A DNA stretch of 64,000 bases from Mobula hypostoma (Eukaryota), in contig NC_086097.1 in assembly GCF_963921235.1 (NCBI RefSeq), positions 205,346,001 to 205,410,000 of the forward strand, written 5' to 3'. The position numbers were made by a program, and so were the translations under genes. Below, piece by piece: positions 50,471 through 63,996 of the stretch. Positions within the stretch are counted from its first letter, which is position 1; every line of letters begins with the position of its first letter. The notes beneath the pieces were generated by a model, which made no database searches, had not been told where the DNA came from, and worked only from the letters and a program-made list of their open reading frames with translations.

Positions 50471-52256
50471 AAACATAGAAACATAGAAACATAGAAAATA
50501 GGTGCAGGAGTAGGCCATTCGGCCCTTCGAGCCTGCACCGCCATTCAGTATGATCATGTCTGATCATCCAACTCAGAACCCTGTACCAGCCTTCCCTCCA
50601 TACCCCCTGATCCCTTCAGCCACAAGGGCCATATCTAACTCCCTCTTAAATATAGCCAATGAACTGGCCTCAACTGTTTTCTGTGGCAGAGAATTCCACA
50701 GATTCACCATTTTCTGTGTGAAGAAGTTTTTCCTAATCTCGGTCCTAAAAGGCTTCCCCTTTATCCTCAGACTGTGACCCCTCATTCTGGACTTCCCCAA
50801 CATCGGGAACAATCTTCCTGTATCTAGCCTGTCCAATCCTTTTAGGATCTTATACGTTTCAATCTGATCCCCCCTCAATCTTCTAAATTCCAATGAGTAC
50901 AAGCCCAGTTCATCCAGTCTTTCTTCATATGAAAGTCCTGCCATCCCAGGAATCAATCTGGTGAACCTTCTTTGTACTCCCTCTATGGCAAGGATGTCTT
51001 TCCTCAGATTAGGGGACCAAAACTGCACACAATACTCCAGGTGTGGTCTCACCAAGGCCTTGTACAACTGCAGTAGTACCTCCCTGCTCCTGTAATCGAA
51101 TCCTCTTGCTATAAATGCCAGCATACCATTCGCCTTTTTCACCACCTGCTGTACCTGCATGCCCACTTTCAATGACTGGTGTATAATGACACCCAGGTCT
51201 CGTTGCACCTCCCCTTCTCCTAATCGGCCACCATTCAGATAATAATCCGTTTTCCTGTTTTTGCCACCAAAGTGGATAACTTCACATTTATCCACATTAA
51301 ATTATCTGCCATGAATTTGCCCACTCACCTAACCTATCCAAGTCACCCTGCATCCTCTTAGCATCCTCCTCACAGCTAACACTGCCGCCCAGCTTCGTGT
51401 CATCCGCAAACTTGGAGATGCTGCATTTAATTCCCTCATCCAAGTCATTAATATATATTGTAAACAACTGGGGTCCCAGCACTGAGCCTTGCGGTACCCC
51501 ACTAGTCACTGCCTGCCATTCTGAAAAGGTCCCGTTTATTCCCATTCTTTGCTTCCTGTCTGCCAACCAATTCTCTATCCACATCAATACCTTACCCCCA
51601 ATACAGTGTGCTTTAAGTTTGCACACTAATCTCCTGTGCGGGACCTTGTCAAAAGCCTTTTGAAAATCCAAATATACCACATCCACTGGTTCTCACCTAT
51701 CCACTCTACTAGTTACATCCTCAAAAATTTCTGTGAGATTCGTCAGACATGATTTTCCTTTCACAAATCCATGCTGACTTTGTCCGATCATTTCACCGCT
51801 TTCCAAATGTGCTGTTATCACATCTTTCATAACTGACTCTAGCATTTCCCCCATCACCGATGTTAGGCCAACCAGTCTATAATTCCCCAGTTTCTCTCTC
51901 CCTCCTTTTTTAAAAAGTAGGGTTACATTAGCCACCCTCCAATCCTTAGGAACTAGTCCAGGATCTAAAGAATTTTGAAAAATTATCACTAATGCATCCA
52001 CTATTTCTTGGGCTACTTCCTTAAGCACTCTGGGATGCAGACCATCTGGCCCTGGGGATTTATCCGCCTTCAATCCCTTCATTTTACCTAACACCACTTC
52101 CCTACTAACATGTATTTCGCTCAGTTCCTCCATCTCACTGGACCCTCTGTCCCCTACTATTTCCGGAAGATTATTTATGTCCTCCTTAGTAAAGACAGAA
52201 CCAAAGTAATTATTCAATTGGTCTGCCATGTCCTTGCTCCCCATAATCAATTCACC
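50471..52256 (-). mobile_element. Relatively young 5'-truncated CR1 (RT)
   Basis: Long ORFs: [36 protein letters not shown]; (TTCTATGT)n tail. Confidence 0.95.
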
Positions 52257-53199
52257 ACTAAATATTGAGACAAATCTGCTTGCTGTTGTTAAACTTCTGC
52301 AAGAGTTGGCACTGTTGTCTCTCTTAAATTCAGTGACTGTTGAAAACTGCTGAAGGAATTGCTTTAATGGCAATTTTCAGTTTTTCTAAGTTACCACTGG
52401 TAGGATTTCCCCTCTGCCATCCGATTTCTAAATGGACATAGAATCTTTGGACACTCCCTGACTTTTTTTAAAATATACAGTATTTCTGTTTTTGCATGTT
52501 TTTTTAATCGATTCAATAAATGTAATTGATTTACTTGTTTATTTTTTTTATTTTCTCTCTCTGCTAGATTATGTATTGCATTGAACTGCTGCTGCTAAGT
52601 TAACAAATTTCACGTCACATGCCGGTGATAATAAACCTGATTCTGATTCTGTTATCTGGTGAATCTCTGCAGAAATTGAGGTCGCTGTATTTCATACTGC
52701 CTGCATCTTGGTATATTTGTGTTTATGCTTCTGATCTCACGAAGAAACAACATTTTTGTACTGCTGAATGATTGCCTTTTTTATTTTATGCCCCATTTGT
52801 TTTTGAGTATTAGATTAAGGTTACTTGTGATATTTTCAATCAGACCATGGGGCTCATACCAATGGACATATCTCAAATGTCTTCAAACCATTGCTGAATT
52901 GGTTGTTTGCTATCAAATTTTCATCTTGGGAGCTTTAAAGAGAATAGTAGCTGACATTTAGATTCATCAGAATTAGGATGCATTCAAGCCAAGGCCATAC
53001 CTATGATATAAAAAAGTCATCATAAAAAGTTATACCCCATCCCACTGAAGCAATGAAGAACTTAATGTTCCAATACTGTATGAAATGAAAAAATAATATT
53101 GCTATACATGGAAAGCAACTTCCATGCTAATGACTCATTGACAGACAACATACAGTATAATCATATAACATAGTGAATCCAATAGACTTACTGACAGAA

Positions 53200-54560
53200 C
53201 CATTCTATGACAGAAGCCATAGCATCTGTCATTCATCTGGCCCTGACACACCTAGCAAACAAGGACACTTATGTCAGAACGCTGTTACTAGATTTCATTT
53301 CAGCATTCAACCTGAGTTGAGTGAACTTGGCCTTTTCTCCTTGGAGTGATGGAGGATGAGAGATGACCTGCTAGAGGTGTATAAGATGATGAGGGGCATT
53401 GATCATGTGGATTTTCTTCAGCGGTTTGATCGGGGCACGACTACGCAAGCGCATGGATAGCCAGAGGCTTTTTCCCAGGGTTGAAATGGCTTACACAACG
53501 GGGCATAGTTTTAAGGTGCTTGGAAATATGTACCAAGGGGATGTCAGGGGTAAGTTTTTCACACAGAGAGCAGTGAGTGTGTGGAATGCACAGCTGGTGG
53601 TGGTGGTGGAAACAGATACAATAGGGTCTTTTAAGAGCCTCTTAGACATAGGTACAGGGAGCTTAGTAAAATGGAGGGCTATGCAGTAGGGAAAATCTAG
53701 GCAGTCTCTAGAGTAGGTTACATGGTTGGCACAACATTGTGGGCCAAATGGCCTGTAATGTGCTGTAGATTTCTGTGTTTTATATTCAACACTATCATCC
53801 TCAGATCTTTATGAATAAACTCTTACCGCTCATTTAAATACACCACTGTGCAACTGGGTGTTGGAATTCCAAATGAACGGACTACAGATAGGCAAAATGC
53901 TAAATGACTCCTCCTTCCCCCATCATTCTCAGCCTGGGTACTCACCAGGGCCTTGTGCTGGGTCCATTGCTCTACACTCTGCTTGGCCAATCATATCATC
54001 AAGTTCGGTGATGACACTTCAGTGGAGCTTATCAACAACAATGCTGAGATGGCCTATAGAGGTGGAAGAACTCGAGGCCCAGTGCCAGACAAATAACCTC
54101 TTCTTTAATATCAACAGGACAAAGAAGATGGTTATCGACCAGGAGAATTTTCACCACTCACATCCCCTTTTACAGCAGCGGCAACTGCAAGCGAATTCAA
54201 TTTTCTGGACGTGCACATCAAACACAAACTCTCATGGCCCCAGAGCACATCCTACACAGTCAGAAAAGCTCACCAACGCTTCCTCTTTCTGTGAAGGCTG
54301 AAGAGAGCTGGACTTTGCACATCCACACACAGATTACTCTACAGATGTACAGTAGAGAGCATCTTAACAAGCTGCATCACTGCTTGCTATGAAGTCTGTC
54401 CAACGCTTCACTGGCACCAGCCCACCCACCACCAAGGACGTAGATACAGAAAGGAATCCCACCCACTGCCCTACAGCCATCATGGAAAAGGTTACGTAGC
54501 ATCCATGTCAGGACCAGCGGACTCTAAAACAGTTACTTTCCCCAAGCAGTGAGACTGATC
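53200..54560 (+). mobile_element. Rex1 LINE remnant containing a nested CR1 3' end (53312-53780)
   Basis: LDFISAFN before the insert; ATTCAAC duplicated on either side; CQTNNLFFNINRTKKMVID. Confidence 0.75.
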
Positions 54561-54564
54561 AACA

Positions 54565-54865
54565 TATATAAAATTATGAAAGGGATAGATAAGATAGAGG
54601 CAGGAAAGATGTTTCCACTGATAAGCAGGACTAGAACTAGGGGACATAGCCTCAAGATTCAGGGGAGTAGATTTAGGATGGAGATGAGGAGGAACTGCTT
54701 TTCCCAGAGGGTGGTGAATCTCTGGAATTCTCCGCCCAATGAAGCAGTGGAGGCTACCTCAGTAAATATATTTCAGACAAGGTTGCATGGATTTTTACAT
54801 AGTAGGGGAATTAAGGGTTATGGGGAAATGGCAGGTAGGTGAAGATGAGTCCATGGCCAGATCTG
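54565..54865 (+). mobile_element. CR1 3' fragment
   Basis: TRGHSLKIQG..FSQRVVNLWNS. Confidence 0.85.
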
Positions 54866-55394
54866 TTGTAAAGAACGGGGCGAACCCAAACACTGGCACA
54901 GGGATTGAGTTAGGATGCAGACGAGGGTGTGAGAGTGGCTGGAGCTGAACAGCAAACAGCTACAATGCTGCTGTTGATATTGTGCCTAATTCTTTGTAAC
55001 TTTCTATAATGGAATGCTGAAGGTGCCAGAATGCACTCTAGCACTGAAATTAGCTACTCATGTTGTAGGTTCTTTACACTGTTCAAAAAATGTTTTTTTT
55101 TATTTTCAATTCTGTACTTAAGAAGGTAAAAGATGACAGTTCTTGTAAATGGACCACTACAAAAGATAATAAAGCAATGTACAGATGAAAATTGTATAAA
55201 GGCTTTTACAATATTGTAATACAACAAGTTTCTGAGAAGAACAATCTTACCCACGGCTGATAATACTCTAATCTGACAGTGCATATTGTATGAACATGTT
55301 CACTCAAAATGGGACTGAGAATGTCATTTTATTTTATATTTATTACAGTAAGAGATCAACATTTGCTGCAAGGGAGTTAATTTAGTGTCATCTT

Positions 55395-55905
55395 AAAGTG
55401 GAAGGTATGTTGAAATTGTATAAGATGTTGGTAAGGCCGAAGTTGGAATATTGTGTGCAGTTCTGATCACCTATCTACAGAAAAGGTATTAATAAGATTG
55501 AAAAAATTATAAGGATGTTATAGGAAATGTTGAATAGACTTGGACTATATTCCCTGGAGCATAGGAGAATAAGGGGTTACTTGATCGAGATATGAGGTTG
55601 TTGTTAGCAGGCTTTTGGCACTGAAGTTGGGTGAGATTCGAGCTACAGGTCATAGGTTAAGAGTGTAATGTGAAATATTTAAGAGGAGCCTGAGGGAGAG
55701 TTTCTTTACTCAGAGGGTGGTGCCTGTAAAGTGCAGGATGTGGGTTCAATTGCAATATTTAAGAGAGTTTTGTATAAGTACATGGATGGAAGATTATGGT
55801 CCAGGTACAGGTCAATGGGTCTAGGCAGAATAACAGTTTGGCATGGTCTAGATGAGCTGAATGATCTGCTACTCTGCTGCAGAGTTCTATGACTCTGTGA
55901 CTTTA
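55395..55905 (+). mobile_element. Old CR1 3' fragment
   Basis: LYKMLVRPKLEYCVQF-like sequence; tail tctatgactct. Confidence 0.75.
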
Positions 55906-56725
55906 TGAGGGGTGTTTGATTTCTTCAAAGCCTGCCCTTCTGAAAATTCACTTGTTGAGCTTTAATTGGGAATATATATTATTATTCTGCTTTTTAAGCT
56001 TCTGAACAAGAAAACTGATCTGAAATTTTTGAAATAAACTACCTACATTTACATGATATACTTTAACATTGAACATAGAATAGTACAGCACAGTACAGGC
56101 CCTTTGGCCCACAATGTTGTGCTGACCCTCAAACCCTGCCTCCCATATAACCCCCCACCTTAAATTCCTCCATATACTTGTCTAGTAGTCTCTTAAATTT
56201 CACTAGTGTATCTGCTTCCACCACTGACGCAGGCAGTGCATTCCACGCACCAACCACTCTCTGAGTAAAAAACCTTCCTCTAATATCCCCCTTGAACTTC
56301 CCACCCCTTTCCTTAAAGCCATGTCCTCTTGTACTGAGCACTGGTGCCCTGGAGAAGAGGCGCTGGCTGTCCACTCTAACTATTCCTCTTAATATCTTGT
56401 ATACCTCTATCATGTCTCCTCTCATCCTCCTTCTCTCCAAAGAGTTAAGCCCCAGCTCCCTTAATCTCTGATCATAATCCATACTCTCTAAATCAGGCAG
56501 CATCCTGGTAAATGTCCTTTGTACCCTTTCCAATGCTTCCACATCCTTCCTATAGTGAGGTGACCAGAGTTGGACACAGTACTCCAAGTGTGGTCTAACC
56601 AGAGTTTTATAGAGCTGCATCATTACCTCGCGACTCTTAAATTCTATCCCTCGACTTATGAAAGCTAACACCCCATAAGCTTTCTTAACTACCCTACCTA
56701 CCTGTGAGGCAACTTTCAGGAATCT

Positions 56726-57043
56726 TTCTTTCTTTTTAAATCTTTTTATTGAGTAAGTATACAAAAAAGGTAAGCCATATAAACATTAATACAATGTTAA
56801 AGTATAATAAAATTCCAAAAGATAACAATACCAAAAAGAAAATACTACAAACAATGTAATTTAAGCATAAGAAACCAAGATAACATAATAGTATACTAGA
56901 TTTTATATATATCAATGGAAAAAAAAAGAAAAAAAAAAACCCCCAAAAAAAAACCCACCGTGCAACTAACTAAAAGCAAAGCAAAGCAATGGGCTAACTT
57001 GAAACCAAACAGAGTTAAACTTAAAATCACGTCCTCAATCCCG
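56726..57043 (-). mobile_element. L1-clade 3' UTR insertion (same family as 20800-21788)
   Basis: Perfect 15-bp TSD AACTTTCAGGAATCT (56711-56725 and 57044-57058). Confidence 0.9.
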
Positions 57044-59416
57044 AACTTTCAGGAATCTGTCGACATGTACCCCCAGATCCCTCTGCTCCTCCACACTTCC
57101 AAGTACCCTGCCATTTACTTTGTGCTCTGCTTTGGAGTTTGTCCTTCCAAAGTGTACCACCTCACACTTCTCCGGGTTGAACTCCATCTGCCACTTCTCA
57201 GCCCACTTCTGCATCCTATCAATGTCTCTCTGCAATCTTTGACAATCCTCTACACTATCCACAACACCACCAACCTTTGTGTCATCCGCAAACTTGCCAA
57301 CCCACCCTCCTAACCCCGCATCCACGTCATTAATAAAAATCACGAAAAGTAGAGGTCCCAGAACAGATCCTTGTGGGACACCACTAGTCACAACCCTCCA
57401 TTCCAAATGTACTCCCTCCACCACAACCCTCTGCCTTCTGCAGGCAAGCCAATTCTGAATCCACCTGGCCAAACTTCCCTGGATCCCATGCCTTCTAACT
57501 TTCTGAATAAGCCTACCGTGTGGAACCTTGTCAAATGTCTTACTAAAATCCATGTAGATCACATCCACTGCACTACCATCATCTATATGCCTGGTTACCT
57601 CCTCAAAGAACTCTATCAGGCTTGTTAGACACGATCTGCCCTTCACAAAGCCATGCTGACTGTCCCTGATCAGACCATGATTCTCTAAATGCCCAGAGAT
57701 CCTATCTCTAAGAATCTTTTCCAACAGCTTTCCCACCACAGACGTAAGGCTCACTGGTCTATAATTACCCGGACTATCCCTACCTTTTTTGAACAAGAGA
57801 ACAACATTCGCCTCCCTCCAATCCTCCGGTACCATTCACGTGGATATGAGGACATAAAGGTCCTAGCCAGAGGCTCAGCAATATCTTTCCTCACCTCGTG
57901 GAGCAGCCAGGGGAATATTCCGTCAGGCCCCGGGAACTTTTCCGTCCTAATGTATTTTAGCAACTCCAACACCTCCTCTCCCTTGATATCAACATGCTCC
58001 AGAACATTAACCTCACTCATATTGTCCTCACCGTCATCAAGTTCCCTCTCAATAGTAAATATCAAAGAGAAGTATTCATTGAGGACCTCGCTCACTTCCA
58101 CAGCCTCCAGGATCATCTTCCCACCTTTATCTCTAATCGGTCCTACATTCCCTCCTGTCATCCTTTTGTTCTTCACATAATTGAAGAATGCCTTGGGGTT
58201 TTCCTCTACCCGACTCACCAATTCCTTATCATGCCCCCTTCTTGCACTTCTCAGCCCCTTCTTAAGCTCCTTTCTTGTTTCCCTGTAATCCTCGATAGAC
58301 CCATCTGATCCTTGCTTCCTAAACCTCATGTATGCTGCCTTCTTCCACCTGACTAGATTTTCCACCTCACTTGTCACCCATGGTTCCTTCACCCTACCAT
58401 TCTTTATCTTTCTCACCCGGACAAATTTATCCCTAACATCCTGCAAGAGATCCCTAAACATTGACCACATGTCCATAGTACATTTCCCTGCAAAACCATC
58501 ATCCCAATTCACACACACAAGTTCTAGCCTTATAGCCTCATAATTTGCCCTTCCCCAATTAAAAAATTTCCTGTCCTCTCTGATTCTATCCTTTTCCATG
58601 ATAATGCTAAAGTCCAGGGAGCAGTGGTCACTGTCCCCCAGATGCTCACTCACTGAGATATCTGCGACCTGACCTGGTTTGTTATCTAATACTAGATCTA
58701 GTATGGCATTCACCCTAGTCGGCCTGTCAACATACTGTGACAGGAATCCATCCTGGACACTCTTAACAAACTCTGCCCTGTCCAAACCCTTGGAACTAAT
58801 CAGGTGCCAATCAATATTAGGGAAGTTAAAGTCACCCATGATAACAACACTGTTATTTTTGTACCTTTCCAAAATCTGCCTCCCAATCTGCTCCTTGGTA
58901 TCTCTGCTACTACCAGGGGGCCTATGGAATACTCCCAATAGAGTAACAGCTCACTTCCTGTTCCTGACTTCCACCCATCCTGACTCAAAAGAGGATCCTG
59001 CTACATTACCCACCCTTTCTGTAGCTGTAATAGTATCCCTGACCAGTAATGCCACCCCTCTTCCCCTCCCCCCCCCATCCCTTTTAAAGCACTGAAATCC
59101 AGGAATATTGAGAATCCATTCCTGCCCTGGTGCCAGCCAAGTCTCTGTAATGGCCACTACATCATAATTCCATGTATGTATCCAAGCTCTCAGTTCATCA
59201 CCTTTGTTCCTGATGCTTCTTGCATTGAAGTACACACACTTTAAACTTTCTGCCTTACTACCTTTACACCCTTTATTCTGCTTCTCTTTTCTCAAAGCCT
59301 CTCTATACATTAGATCTGGCTTTACTCCATGCACTTCTTTCACTGCTCTATCACTCCGGGTCCCATCCCCCTTGCAAATTAGTTTAAACCCTCCCGATCC
59401 ATGCTAGCAAACCTGA

Positions 59417-59700
59417 AGTAAAAGCATCTGTTAGTCTTGGGAGACCATGGATCTGCGCCTGGAAAGTCTCCAGCCTCCAGGGTGCAGGCCTGGGCAAGGT
59501 TGTATGGAAGACCACAGTTGCCCATGCTGCAAGTCTCCCCTCTCCACGACACCAATATTGTCCAAGGAAAGGGCATTAGGACCGATACAGCTTGGCACCA
59601 GTGTCGTCGCAGAGCAATGTGTGATTAAATGCCTTGATCAAGGACACAACACGTGGCCTCAACTGGGGCTCGAACTCACGACCTTCAGGTTGCTAGTCCA
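59417..59700 (-). mobile_element. tRNA-headed SINE nested in CR1
   Basis: Minus strand B box GAGTTCGAGCCC followed by GTGTTGTGTCCTTGATCAAGGCATTTAA core. Confidence 0.75.
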
Positions 59701-60569
59701 AACAAACCCCCCTCGAGTTCAGGTGCAACCCATCCAATCTGTACAGGTCCCACCATCCCCAGAATAGATCCCAATGATCCAAAAATCTAAAACCCTGCCC
59801 CCACACCAACTCCTCAGCCACGTATTCAACTGCCATCTCCTCCAATTCTTACCATCACTGTCATGTAGCACTGGCAGAAATCTTGAGGACGCCACCCTTG
59901 AGGTCCTGCTCTGCAGCCTTCTGCCTAGTTCCCAAAACTCACATATCAAGACCTCTTTCCTTTTCCTGCCTATGTCATTGGTGCCGACATGTATCACAAC
60001 ATGTATCCCTCTCATACCAGGAAGTCGTGCACCTGGTCAGAGACATCCCGGACCCTGGCACCCAGTAGGCAACAAACCATGCAGGTGACCTTCTCATGTC
60101 CATAAAATCTCCTGTCTGCTCCCCTGACTATAGAGTCTCCAATGACGACAGCTCTCCTCTTCTCCGTCCCACCCTTCTGCACCACAGGGTCAGACTCAGT
60201 GCCAGAGGCCCTGCCACCGTGGCTCACAGCTGGTCGGTTGTCCCCAATTAAAACCATGTTTCTTCAGACACCACTGTGAACTTAGAGATGATAATTCTAG
60301 AGAATCAAATATTTCTTCCATTGTTGCCACCCATCAGGTTCGGAGATTCATAAGCCAGGCATTATAGGTTTATGAAAAGGCTACTTAGATCTGCATTAGT
60401 CAGCAGTTGAATAACAGAATGACATTCAAAAATATGTTTAATTATTCATACAATTTCTCTAAGCACTAATTTAATAAAGTTGCTGGTTAGAAACAAAAAA
60501 AAACTTGCATATTAATAGCCTTTTGTAAACACATATTCATGCATTTATTGATTTTCTTAATATCCATAT

Positions 60570-61265
60570 TAAGCCTCTGTTCTATTCAGCTTCATTCCAT
60601 TTTCTAAGTTCTGAAATGTCTTTTTTCCTGAACTTTGGTTTCCCCTCTGCCTTACTTAACAAAGTCCTTGACAGCATCTCATCTATTTCTCATACCTCTG
60701 TTCTCACTCCTTTGCTACCTGGACAAAACAAGATGAAATCCAGATCAAATGAAATATTCTTTGTTCCTGCACCAGATTTCCCTACCAGACATATCTCTAC
60801 CCCTTCATCTTTCAGCATTTTAAAAATTATCTCTCCTTTTGTTACCTCATTGTTTGCTCTTTCATCCCCACCAGCTACTGCCTTTTTAGAACACTTTTCC
60901 AAGCAACTGCAGGAGGGGTAATGCCTGCCCTTTCACACTTCCTGCCTGAACAATCCTTCCAGAAAAGGCATGATTCATCTGCACTTATTCCAATCTTGTG
61001 TACTTCATTCAGAGTTCACAAGCTGGCCTTCTCTGCATTGGAGAAAACAGATACAGATTGGGTGATCACCTTAAGGAGTGACGCGAAGTTTCCTGCTGTC
61101 TGTTGCTTTAATTGACTGTCCCATCCCAGACCCAATCTGATCTTTCTGTCTGTAGCCTCTTATGCTATTACAAAGCAGATAATTATAGCTTGAAGAACAA
61201 CACATCTTCCCGCTGTGTACACTGCAGCCTGAAGGAATTGATATTGGATTCTTCAACTTTAGAAA
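60570..61265 (+). mobile_element. Ancient Penelope-like ORF remnant
   Basis: SEMSFFLNFGFPSA..LDSISSISHTS resembles the 46127-46598 translation; IGEN..RLGDH and LEEQH remnants. Confidence 0.7.
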
Positions 61266-61384
61266 GGTCACTCTCTCTTTTCAATTTCATCAGCACTTGC
61301 CATTTCCATCGGCTATCTCTTTGGTTTTGTTTTGTTCTTTTTTTTTGTATAGTTTGGCCTACTGGACATGACCCACTGAGTTTA

Positions 61385-62795
61385 TCATCATCATCAGCAA
61401 TCACTCGTAGTCAAATGTGATTCTTCTCCTGGTGCTTGATCTGGTCACTTAAGGGTCTTGATATGACTGAAGAGGCCGGTCCGTGGTCCACAAGTCCTAT
61501 TGCAGTATTGGTAGGTCTAGGTCATTGAAGTGGTGGTGGATGTCGCTGGTTGGGCCTTTCCCAGTCTCTCCTAATATTGAAGCCGCTTAGTCTTAGCAGC
61601 ATGGTGGAAGTGTGCTTCAAGCTGTGCAGTCTCCTCATAGACAATTCTTCCCCAGCTCTTCCTATCCTGTGCTAATCTCTCCCATCCATTCAAGCTGATG
61701 TGGCACTTCCTCAGGTGGGTCTTGATATTGTCCTTTTCTGCCCTCCAGGAGTGTGCTTTGCATCCTTGAGTTGGCCGAACAGGAGATGTTTAGGGAGATG
61801 GGAGTCAGGTATATGGATGATGTGGCTGACCCATCGCATCTGGAGTTGAGCCATGATTGTGGCTATGGAGTTAATGTTAGCTTCCTCCAGGATGCCGCTC
61901 TTCCAGCTAACTCTCAGAATCTTTCAGAGGCATCTTTAATGGTAAGTTTCAATGGACTTTATGTGCCTGCTGTATGTTGTCCATGACTCCACTCCATCTG
62001 TGGAGAGGAGGAGAAGATGGCAGTGCAACGTAGAGCGCGCGGCCGCTCCGAAATGATATCGGTATTTGTAAGTAGGTACTGTGCACAACCTTGATTTGAT
62101 GGAGACAGATGTGAGAAGCATGGAGGAACACCTGGAGAAACTTCTGAAATGCCTGCTTTGCTGCCGCTGCTACTGTGTGAACGAGAATCTCCGGAGGGGA
62201 AGGCTCCAAATCCTCGGCTTTGCCTATTGCCTGTTGCTGGGGCCGGGGTTGAAGCACTCAGCAGAGATGGTGCTCGGTGCTTGGTGTCGGAGGGCTGGTA
62301 GGAGGCTCGAAGTTTTCGGATGGACTCAAGAGTCGGCCGTGGTCGGGTGCTTCCAGAGTGCTGCATTGGTAAGTTTGTGGCGCTGGAGGTTCGCGGCAGG
62401 GAGAGTTTTTCCCTTCTACCATCTGCGTGAGATGATGGGACTTTCCAGAGACTTTGAGACTTTTTTTACTGTGTCCATGGTCTGCTCTTTATCAAATTAC
62501 GGTATTGCTTTGCACTGTTGTAACTATATGTTTTAATGATGTGGTTTTCGTCTGTTTTTTTAGCCTTGGTTTGTCTTGTGTTTCTGTGATATCATATTGG
62601 AGGAACATTGTATAATTTCTTAATGCATGATTTACTAAATGACAATAAAAGAGGACTGCGTGTCCTTATAATCTAATATAGCAAGGAGAAGAGGACTATA
62701 GCTTTATAGACCAGAAGCTTGGTGGTGGTCTTGATATCCCAATCCTCGAAAACCCTCTTTCTCAGTCTGGCAAAAGCTCCACTCGCACAGTCCAC
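61385..62795 (-). mobile_element. RTE-clade LINE 3' fragment, split by an insertion
   Basis: ASGAFARLRKRVF..TKLLVYKAIV..LLY|GVESWT; MRWVSHI..LPKHLLFGQL; (TGA)n tail. Confidence 0.8.
61998..62677 (+). mobile_element. Non-autonomous LINE-mobilised element with a CpG-rich head
   Basis: Interrupts the RTE frame; begins AAGATGGC..GCGCGCGGCCGC; tail shared with 29710-30010. Confidence 0.65.
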
Positions 62796-62829
62796 TGGAT
62801 TACTATTAGCAAAATATCACACAAAGAAT

Positions 62830-63398
62830 CTTAACTTGAAGTTAATGGCTCCATAACTGCCACAACACCTCATGCTACAAATGAGTACATCTACACAAAA
62901 CGTTGTTGCAGGAAAGCAGCATCCATCACCAGAGACCGCACCACTCAGGAGATGCTCTCTTCTCACTGTTGCCATCAGGAGGGAGGTACAGGAGCTTCAG
63001 GACTCACACCACCAGGTTCAGGAACAGTTAATATCCCTCAGCCATCAGGGTCTTGAAACAAAGGGGAAAACTTCACTTGCCCCATCACTGAACTATTCCC
63101 ACAACATATAGGTTCACTTTCAAGGACTCCTTATCTCATGTTCTCAATATTTATTGTTTGTTTGTTTGTTTGTTTGTTTGTTTGTTTATTTATTTATTTA
63201 TTCTTTTTGTATTTGCACAGTTGTCTTTTGCAAATTGGTAGAATGTCCAAGTTGGTGCGGTCTTTCATTGATTCTTTTATGGTTATTATTCCATTATGGA
63301 TTTATTGAGTATGCCCTCAAGAAAATGAATATCAGGGTTGTATATGGTGTGGTGGCATAATGTACATTGATAACAAATTTACTTTGAACTTTGAACTT
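62830..63398 (+). mobile_element. Rex1 3' end with (GTTT)n
   Basis: LFSLLPSGR..RFRNS-like sequence; tail tttactttgaactttgaac. Confidence 0.75.
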
Positions 63399-63539
63399 CC
63401 CTTTGTTTCTCAGGTACCCATCCCCAACATTCTCTTCCACTTCAACTAACATAGTTTCTCACTTTCCAAGTTCTCATAAAGGGTCCCTGAACTGAAACGT
63501 TAGCATTTTTTTTTCTTTCTAACAGTGTGTCAGGTGTTA

Positions 63540-63680
63540 AAGAGTGTGTGGTAAGCCTCACCTTGAGTATTGTGAACAGTTTTGGGCTCCTCGTCCAAGA
63601 AAAGATGTGCTGACATTGGAATGGGTTCAGAGGAGGTTCACAAGGATGATTCTGGGAATGAAAGGATTATCATATGAGGA
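63540..63680 (+). mobile_element. CR1 fragment
   Basis: PHLEYCEQFWAP..VQRRFTRMI. Confidence 0.8.
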
Positions 63681-63819
63681 ACTTTTTTTTCTTCTTTTTA
63701 AATTTTTTTTCATAAATGTTGTGTTTTTATTTTTGGACATAACTATACTGAAAAAGCTGCTAAATTAACCTGCTTCAAACTTCACAAAAGAATCTGCATT
63801 TCCTGTATTTACATTCCAG

Positions 63820-63996
63820 CACACAAAGCCATTTAGACCCTCAGCTCTGTGGGGAAGATATGAAAAGGCGGTAAATGCGGTGCCACCTGCTTCCTACAGG
63901 CACGCAGCTTCGGTCAGCAGTGACACTATCAATGTCGATGAAGACTGTGGACTCAAGTCCAACACAGATTCTTTTTTTAATGAAAATTTTGATTAG
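63820..63996 (+). other. Candidate host-gene exon, product unknown
   Basis: Acceptor-like tcctgtatttacattccag; 58 open codons to TAG; alternative donor GCG|gtaaat after 63870; non-repetitive and retains CpGs. Confidence 0.25.

Larger units (their letters stand above)
56063..60247 (-). mobile_element. Long CR1 LINE: ORF1 SGNH-esterase part plus ORF2 (APE-RT)
   Basis: VIGDSIVRG, VGTNDIG; YFNARSIRNK..ITETWL; 395-aa and 266-aa ORFs; KFADD. Confidence 0.95.
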
